Assembly (NCBI GenBank): GCA_050331235.1
Contig: JBHJHA010000118.1
Span: 1 to 26,305, forward strand
Source: Leptolyngbyaceae cyanobacterium
GTDB taxonomy: Bacteria; Cyanobacteriota; Cyanobacteriia; Phormidesmidales; Phormidesmidaceae
Direction of reading: 5' to 3'
Length of the DNA stretch: 26,305 bases
Positions 20,322 to 26,305 of the stretch are shown here, in pieces. The stretch's first letter is position 1; each line of letters opens with the position of its first letter. Both the position numbers and the translations under genes were made by a program. The notes under the pieces were generated by a model. That model saw only the letters and a program-made list of their open reading frames with translations. It searched no databases and was not told the DNA's origin.

Positions 20322-20515
20322 AGAGCAAGCGCACCCGGTTGGATAAGCCAGAATCTTAGCAAATTGGTGAAGACGTTGCTCTCGGGCGGTCGCTTGGTGG
20401 GTGTTAGCTCGACCGGTTGATGAGTCCCCTGGCCCAACTCGGTTTGGTCAGGGCAGTTTGGCCAGGCAGGTCACCCGGTGAGAAAAACAGTGGAAAAGGT
20501 CAGGAGCGATCGCGG

Positions 20516-21163
20516 TTATCCCCTACGAAAATACTTAGCTAAGCGGGAATAGGCCGCTATGTTAGCGATCGAAACGCTGGCTTTATTGGGGTCGTCATCG
20601 ATCTGGTTTTCGCCGACTAAGCAGTATCCATCAGGCATAATAGTGTGGCTGAGCTTGGCTTCTTCTAAGGGCACTCCTTGGAGATTGGCATCGGTGAGAT
20701 TGGTGCCAAAGAGGGTCGCTCCAGCCAAGTTGGCACCTCGCAAATCAGCGCCTCGTAAATTGGCGCCATTGAGATTTGCGCCGGCCAAACTCGCCTGCTG
20801 CAAGCTCGCTAAACTGAGGTCAGCACCACAAAGATTGGCAGAGGCCAGTAGCCCATTTTTGAGACTGGCGTCGTGCAGGTTGGTACGTATCAAGTCAGCT
20901 CCAATTAAATTGATGTGGTCTAGCTGGGCTGATTGTAGATGGGCTCCCATAAGGGATGCGCCGGTTAAGATGGCTCGCTGTAAGTCAGATCGTTCTAAAT
21001 GAGCTCCCGTCAAGTCAATGAAGGGAAGATAACACTCGCGGAGCCTGCTGCCTCTTAGCACGATGTTGGGAAATAACTCTTGACCAGCAAGGTATTGCGC
21101 AATTAGTTGTTGAGCAGAGGTAATAGAGGATGTCACAGTCGCAACTCGAAAAAACTTATTCAA
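20516..21163 (-). CDS. Pentapeptide repeat protein
   Basis: Long run of A(D/N)Lxx repeats ending in IMPDG. The start is uncertain (TTG 21163 or GTG 21136). Confidence 0.88.
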   Translation of the reverse strand: MNKFFRVATVTSSITSAQQLIAQYLAGQELFPNIVLRGSRLRECYLPFIDLTGAHLERSDLQRAILTGASLMGAHLQSAQLDHINLIGADLIRTNLHDASLKNGLLASANLCGADLSLASLQQASLAGANLNGANLRGADLRGANLAGATLFGTNLTDANLQGVPLEEAKLSHTIMPDGYCLVGENQIDDDPNKASVSIANIAAYSRLAKYFRRG

Positions 21164-21688
21164 GCCATTCTTTATTGATGCCGTAAAGCTACCAGGCTTC
21201 GACGATAACGAATCCTATTGGTAAATAATCCAATTACTTGAGTCCGACCCTGAAGAGTAAGGCTGGTAGATAGATAGTTATATACTTATTGTGACATTTC
21301 TTAGAGTTATTGTTCCTTGGGGGACTGAAGAATCTCAAAGAAATTGCTCATTCTAATGTGGAAAAGCGATCAAGCCGTGATGACAATTGGGTAGCTTGGC
21401 GCTGACTAAAACCGTCGGAGCTGACCAGTGAGCGATCGCGGAGGAACGACAGAACTGCCGCAAAGCAGCTCACGGTTTCCAGGGAACTCTCTAGGGATGG
21501 CCTGAGTCAGATCACCCTGATTCTGTAGCAGCGATTAGCCCCTCGAGTTTGTCTGCTGCAAAGCGTTTTGTTGTCGATGTTGTGCATCCCTTTTCGTGAT
21601 CAAGACACTCAATCTAGAACTTTGGGGAGCCGTTTTGACCTGAGCTGTCTGATCTACTTGACGTTTTTATCAATTTTCTTTCACGCAT

Positions 21689-22933
21689 ATGGATAGTTTT
21701 TTTAAGACCGTTTCATTCACTGCTGCAATGGCTTTAGGAACGATTGTGAGTGCGGCGCCGCTCGTATTCGTGGCACCGGCTACGGCGCAAACGACACAGT
21801 TTATTGATGTTGATGCCAGCTACTGGGCGCGTCCTTACATTGAAACTTTGGCGACGGAAGGCATCATTGCCGGTTTCCCAGATGGGACCTTTGGACCTGA
21901 TCAGCCGGTAACCCGGGCGCAGTTTGCGGCGATCGTTCGACAAGCATTTGACCAAGCCCGTACCCGCACAGCCCCTAACTTTGGCGATGTGCCTGCCAGC
22001 TATTGGGCCAATGCCGCGATCGCCGACGCCTATGGTCAGGGCTTTATGTCGGGCTATCCCGACGGCACCTTTAAGCCTGAACAGCAGATTCCTCGGGTAC
22101 AAGTGGTCGTAGCCCTCTCAAACGGTTTGAACATGTCCGCTGCCGATGCGGGCAATCAGGCCCTTGATGCCTACAGCGATGCCGGACAAATTCCAGATTA
22201 TGCGCAGGGGCCCGTGGCCGCGGCGACGGACAATGAAATGGTGGTCAGCTATCCCGATATCAATCGTCTGCGACCTAACCAAACGGCCACCCGCGCCGAT
22301 GTGGCTGCATTTATCTACCAAGCGCTGGTTTCTGAGGGCGATTTGCCTGCTCTAGCTGCGGATGTAACAGCGACGAACTACATTGTTGGTTACGACGGTA
22401 CCGCTGTTGCCCCTACCCAAACCATAGCGGGCACTGTTCCCGCCGGCACGCAGATTCCCCTGCGCTATCCCAACGCCGAGGGAGTCGATATTGTGGTGGC
22501 TCCTGGGCAAACGGTGGCGACTTCTCTGGAAGTGGCGGGTAACTTGGTGAATGGCAATAACCAGGTGCTCATTCCGGCTGGTAGCTTGGTCCAGGGACGC
22601 ATCGTTCCGGTAGAGATTCGGGGAGCAGCGGTGACAGCAGCTCAGTTTGTCGCCGATACAATCACTATCAATGGCCAGGGCTACACCCTCGATGCAGAGT
22701 CGAGTGCGATCGCCGCGGCTGAGTCCGTCAACCCCGCCTCCCTAGAAGATGCATTGATCACTGGGGCGGCCCAGTCGATTTTGGGCTCTATCTTAGGTAG
22801 CCCAGATTTAGGTGGTTTGGTGGGTGCAGTCATTGGCGGTAATGGGTCGGTGACGTCCCAGAGTGCTGTCATCGTGATGGATCCGACCCAGCTCGATCTC
22901 ACCGTTGAGTCCGACTTGACTGTAAATAATTGA
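21689..22933 (+). CDS. Secreted S-layer homology (SLH) domain protein
   Basis: Signal peptide ending ATA-Q, three SLH repeats (GFPDGTF..VTRAQFA; GYPDGTF..IPRVQ; SYPD..ATRADVA) and a beta-rich C-terminal domain. Confidence 0.9.
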   Translation: MDSFFKTVSFTAAMALGTIVSAAPLVFVAPATAQTTQFIDVDASYWARPYIETLATEGIIAGFPDGTFGPDQPVTRAQFAAIVRQAFDQARTRTAPNFGDVPASYWANAAIADAYGQGFMSGYPDGTFKPEQQIPRVQVVVALSNGLNMSAADAGNQALDAYSDAGQIPDYAQGPVAAATDNEMVVSYPDINRLRPNQTATRADVAAFIYQALVSEGDLPALAADVTATNYIVGYDGTAVAPTQTIAGTVPAGTQIPLRYPNAEGVDIVVAPGQTVATSLEVAGNLVNGNNQVLIPAGSLVQGRIVPVEIRGAAVTAAQFVADTITINGQGYTLDAESSAIAAAESVNPASLEDALITGAAQSILGSILGSPDLGGLVGAVIGGNGSVTSQSAVIVMDPTQLDLTVESDLTVNN

Positions 22934-23064
22934 TGCTAACGCCACTGATTAGAGAGTGATGCGGGGAGTCGAGGCGATCGCTTCGACTTCCCACGTGACA
23001 TTACCAGTGGGGCGAAATTTTTAGGCAAGATCAATAAAGTTGTAAACCCTCCATCAAGAAGACG

Positions 23065-23868
23065 ATGACTGCTCCCACTGCCTCAGAGTGGCAGGGCCGC
23101 CACCGCGACAAAGATCTCCTCCGCCAAAGCATTTGGCAAGCTTTGCAGGCGCAAGCAGCGGTTAAGCGAGACCCGATAGGACATATCCCTGACTTTATCG
23201 GGGCGGCGGCGGCGGCCGTTCAGTTAGCGGCATTACCCATTTGGCAGCGGGCTCGTGTCATCAAGTGCAACCCCGACTCACCGCAACAGCCTGTGCGACT
23301 GCAGGCGTTGGCTGATGGCAAACTGCTGTACATGGCCGTGCCTCGCTTAGCTAAGGCAAAGTGTTTTGTGGCGTTGCACCGCGACTCGCTGGCACGACAG
23401 GGGATTGCCCTCAGCCGAGCCGCTAATATGCGAGAGGCGTTGCTCTATGGCCAGCTTGTCGCTTTTGAGGAGATGCAGCCAATTGATTTAGTGGTAGTTG
23501 GCTGTGTGGCAGCGAGCCCCCATGGTGGACGCACTGGCAAAGGGGCGGGGTTTGCGGATCTGGAGTTAGCTATGCTCCTGGAGGAGGCTCTGGTGCAGGC
23601 AACTACGCCAATTGTCACTACAGTGCATCCTTTGCAGGTAGTGGAGCCGGTTCGTTTACCGATGCAGCCCCATGATTGGCCGCTCGATTGGGTCGTCACA
23701 CCAAAGGCCACGATCACCACCCAAACCCAGCTACCGCGACCCACGGGCTTAGATGTGACCCGACTGCAAGCGGGGCAAATCAAGCAAGTGCCTATTTTGC
23801 AGCGGTGGCTGCACCCCCTCGCCCAGACCTTAGGAAGTGAGTCAGGTCGTCAACAAACTGGCCGATGA
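23065..23868 (+). CDS. 5-formyltetrahydrofolate cyclo-ligase family protein (MTHFSD-like paralog)
   Basis: HIPDFIGA, KCNPDSPQ, YMAVPRL, RTGKGAGFADLE, TTVHPLQ and HDWPLDWVVTP. Confidence 0.85.
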   Translation: MTAPTASEWQGRHRDKDLLRQSIWQALQAQAAVKRDPIGHIPDFIGAAAAAVQLAALPIWQRARVIKCNPDSPQQPVRLQALADGKLLYMAVPRLAKAKCFVALHRDSLARQGIALSRAANMREALLYGQLVAFEEMQPIDLVVVGCVAASPHGGRTGKGAGFADLELAMLLEEALVQATTPIVTTVHPLQVVEPVRLPMQPHDWPLDWVVTPKATITTQTQLPRPTGLDVTRLQAGQIKQVPILQRWLHPLAQTLGSESGRQQTGR

Positions 23869-23931
23869 CGTCAGTTTGTGTTTTTTCCGCGTTAAGGTAG
23901 GAAGCAAACTCCCAGTCTATAGTTGGTCCTG

Positions 23932-24717
23932 ATGCCCATGATCCCCGTTGTGAAAATCGCCCTGCCTGTCACCGGTTGGGGGGTGGCCCTGAGTCTGATG
24001 ACCGCCGGGTCTGCCGGAGCGGCAACCCCTGCCACGGCACCGGCTGAGTTGACCACGACGTTGGCCGCGATTGAGGCGGCGGCCAACGCACAGGATATTG
24101 ACCAGCTGATGGCCTTTTACAGCGAGGACTTTGTCGGGCCAGATGGCTTTACCCGAGAGCAATATCAAACGACCTTGAGTGCTTTTTGGGAGCAATACTC
24201 GACACTTACTTACGAGGTTGAGCTGAATGAATGGGACACCGATGGGGGTGCGTTGATTGCGGACACAGTGACCACGGTGGAAGGCACGAAGTTGATTGCT
24301 GGCCGACCGGTATCTCTCATGGCTGAGTTGCGATCGCGGCAACGCTACGAAAATGGTCAGCTTGTGTCCCAGGAGATTATTGCGGAGCAAAACCGCCTGA
24401 TCTCTGGGGAGCGACCTCCAGAGATTACCGTGCAGTTACCCACTGTCGTTACACCCGGTAGCGAGTTTAATTTTGATGCAATTGTTGAGGAACCTTTGGG
24501 CGATCGGTTGCTTCTGGGCCTGGCCTTCGAGGAAGGAGTCACCGCTGAGGATTTTTTGACCCCTCGCCCCGTTGATTTAGAAGCGCTCAGTGCTGGGGGC
24601 CTCTTCAAGGTTGGCAAAGCTCCTCAAAAGCCCGATCAGCGATGGATTTCAGCGGTCCTAGTGAGAGAAGACGGCATTGTGATTGACACCCGTCGATTGA
24701 CGGTGGGAATAGACTAA
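23932..24717 (+). CDS. Secreted NTF2/SnoaL-like protein
   Basis: Signal peptide, then IEAAANAQDIDQLMAFYSEDF...DG (NTF2-like start) and a C-terminal domain with GGLFKVG. The start could be 23923, 23932 or 23938. Confidence 0.75.
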   Translation: MPMIPVVKIALPVTGWGVALSLMTAGSAGAATPATAPAELTTTLAAIEAAANAQDIDQLMAFYSEDFVGPDGFTREQYQTTLSAFWEQYSTLTYEVELNEWDTDGGALIADTVTTVEGTKLIAGRPVSLMAELRSRQRYENGQLVSQEIIAEQNRLISGERPPEITVQLPTVVTPGSEFNFDAIVEEPLGDRLLLGLAFEEGVTAEDFLTPRPVDLEALSAGGLFKVGKAPQKPDQRWISAVLVREDGIVIDTRRLTVGID

Positions 24718-24885
24718 CTGTTAGGAATTCGCTGCAATTTTTGATGGGAGTTGCTCGTTGTTGTCCCACGTTCATCGCTTCAGCCGGTGGTCAGCAACCG
24801 CTATCCTGATTGATAGCGCCAGTCATAGGGGCAGATTGCTGGTCAAACCGGCTGATAGTTATCATTAGTGGCTTCGAGGAGTGTC

Positions 24886-26130
24886 ATGGATACCAAAGCG
24901 TTTAAGCGATCGCTCAATCAATCAGACAAATACTTTCGCAATAGCCTCGGCCATGGCGAAGAAGTAGCTAACCAAATGAAGACCGAGTATCAGAGCAGTT
25001 TGATTCAGCGGATCCGTGACAATAACTATGTGCTGACCGAAGGCGATGTCACGATTTACTTGGCAAAATCGTTTGGCTTTTGCTGGGGCGTTGAACGGGC
25101 TGTGGCGATGGCCTATGAGACACGTCAGCACTTTCCAACTGAGCGAATTTGGATTACCAACGAAATTATTCACAATCCCGGGGTCAATCAGCGCCTCCGT
25201 GATATGAATGTGCACTTCATTGAGGTGGTCAATGATCAGAAAGATTTTTCGGGGGTGGCTGCGGGTGATGTCTTGATTTTGCCGGCCTTCGGGGCCAGTG
25301 TGCAGGAGATGCAGCTGCTCAACGATAAGGGTTGCATCATTGTCGATACCACCTGTCCCTGGGTTTCTAAAGTGTGGAACACGGTAGAAAAGCATAAGAA
25401 AAAAGACTACACTTCCATCATTCATGGCAAATATAAGCATGAGGAAACGGTGGCGACCAGCTCCTTTGCGAAGACCTACTTAGTGTTGCTGAATCTCGAT
25501 GAAGCGCAATATGTGGCTGACTACATCTTGCATCGGAGCGACTCCCCTGGGGAGAGACAACGCCAACGTGAGAACTTTCTCGCCAAATTTAAACATGCCT
25601 ACTCAGAAGGATTTGATCCAGATCGCGACTTAGCAAGAGTGGGCGTGGCCAATCAGACCACGATGCTCAAAGGCGAAACGGAAGCGATCGGCAAGCTGTT
25701 TGAGAAGACCATGCTGCAAAAATATGGTCCCCAGGCGCTCAATGAGCATTTCTTAGCTTTCAACACCATTTGTGATGCTACTCAGGAGCGTCAAGATGCC
25801 ATGTTTGAGCTAGTAGATGAGTCGGTGGATCTCATGCTGGTCATCGGGGGCTATAACTCTTCCAACACGACTCACCTCCAGGAGATTGCGATTGAGCGTA
25901 ATATTCCCTCCTATCACATCGATGGCCCAGAGCGTATTAGTGCTGACAACCGCATTGAACACAAGCGTTTGCATGGCGAGTTGACAGTAACCAAAAATTG
26001 GTTGCCGGCAGGGCCGATCACCATTGGTGTGACCTCTGGAGCATCGACGCCCGATCTCGCCGTAGAAGCTGCGATCGCCCGTATTTTTCAGCTCAAGGGA
26101 TCTGACCAGTTGGTTGCTGCCGATGCTTAA
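24886..26130 (+). CDS. ispH: 4-hydroxy-3-methylbut-2-enyl diphosphate reductase
   Basis: Fe-S cysteines in [17 protein letters not shown] and NTICDAT, plus NQTT, SSNT and GASTP. ATG 24886 follows GAGGAG. Confidence 0.96.
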   Translation: MDTKAFKRSLNQSDKYFRNSLGHGEEVANQMKTEYQSSLIQRIRDNNYVLTEGDVTIYLAKSFGFCWGVERAVAMAYETRQHFPTERIWITNEIIHNPGVNQRLRDMNVHFIEVVNDQKDFSGVAAGDVLILPAFGASVQEMQLLNDKGCIIVDTTCPWVSKVWNTVEKHKKKDYTSIIHGKYKHEETVATSSFAKTYLVLLNLDEAQYVADYILHRSDSPGERQRQRENFLAKFKHAYSEGFDPDRDLARVGVANQTTMLKGETEAIGKLFEKTMLQKYGPQALNEHFLAFNTICDATQERQDAMFELVDESVDLMLVIGGYNSSNTTHLQEIAIERNIPSYHIDGPERISADNRIEHKRLHGELTVTKNWLPAGPITIGVTSGASTPDLAVEAAIARIFQLKGSDQLVAADA

Positions 26131-26177
26131 TCAATGAATTAGCGGCGATCGCACTGCGTGACCTGTCGAGCCTGGTC

Positions 26178-26305
26178 TAGTACCGCATGGCGGAAATGCA
26201 GATACCCTTAAGGAGTCAGTTTTAGAGGCCTGAGTCTGATGCCTGGTCGCGCCCTGCCCGCCCTCATTGTGAGCGAAACCGAACGCCATGAACTCGAGCA
26301 GTTGG
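26178..26305 (+). mobile_element. Left end of an IS630-family insertion sequence, truncated by the window edge
   Basis: CTAG context followed by TAGTACCGCATGGCGGAA, which resembles cyanobacterial IS630 termini. ATG 26239 opens MPGRALPALIVSETERHELEQL, like the N-terminus of IS630 HTH transposases. Confidence 0.65.

Noticed and set aside
20559..25440. Long antisense ORFs (20559-21002, 23917-24390, 24922-25440 and similar)
   Set aside because: They are shadows of well-supported genes on the opposite strand. The repetitiveness of the first simply mirrors the pentapeptide repeats.

Overview
A chromosomal window from a cyanobacterium. I counted 29 HIP1 octamers (GCGATCGC), and the LexA, GshA, Ycf52 and VKOR-Trx proteins are of cyanobacterial type. 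A Leptolyngbya/Nodosilinea-like filamentous strain is my inference only. The content is mostly housekeeping: comM/yifB, tRNA-Gln, an alpha/beta hydrolase, a tandem-ACT protein, a Ycf52 GNAT, a HelY-like helicase, gshA, trmL, a LysM-M23 peptidase, tRNA-Met, a CPXCG-type protein, VKOR-Trx, a STAS protein, a DUF3352-like protein, lexA with its own operator, an ABC exporter, a pentapeptide-repeat protein, an SLH protein, a 5-FCL paralog, an NTF2-like protein and ispH. The left end of an IS630-like element sits at the right edge. I found no CRISPR array, prophage or defence island. The best leads are: (i) a catalysis-free GlnD-like tandem-ACT sensor flanked by an acetyltransferase and a hydrolase; (ii) two small genes missed by the ORF track (2107-2247, and 5422-5658, which has no canonical start); (iii) a multi-stem structure just upstream of ispH. 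All family calls come from motif recognition by eye; no searches were run.
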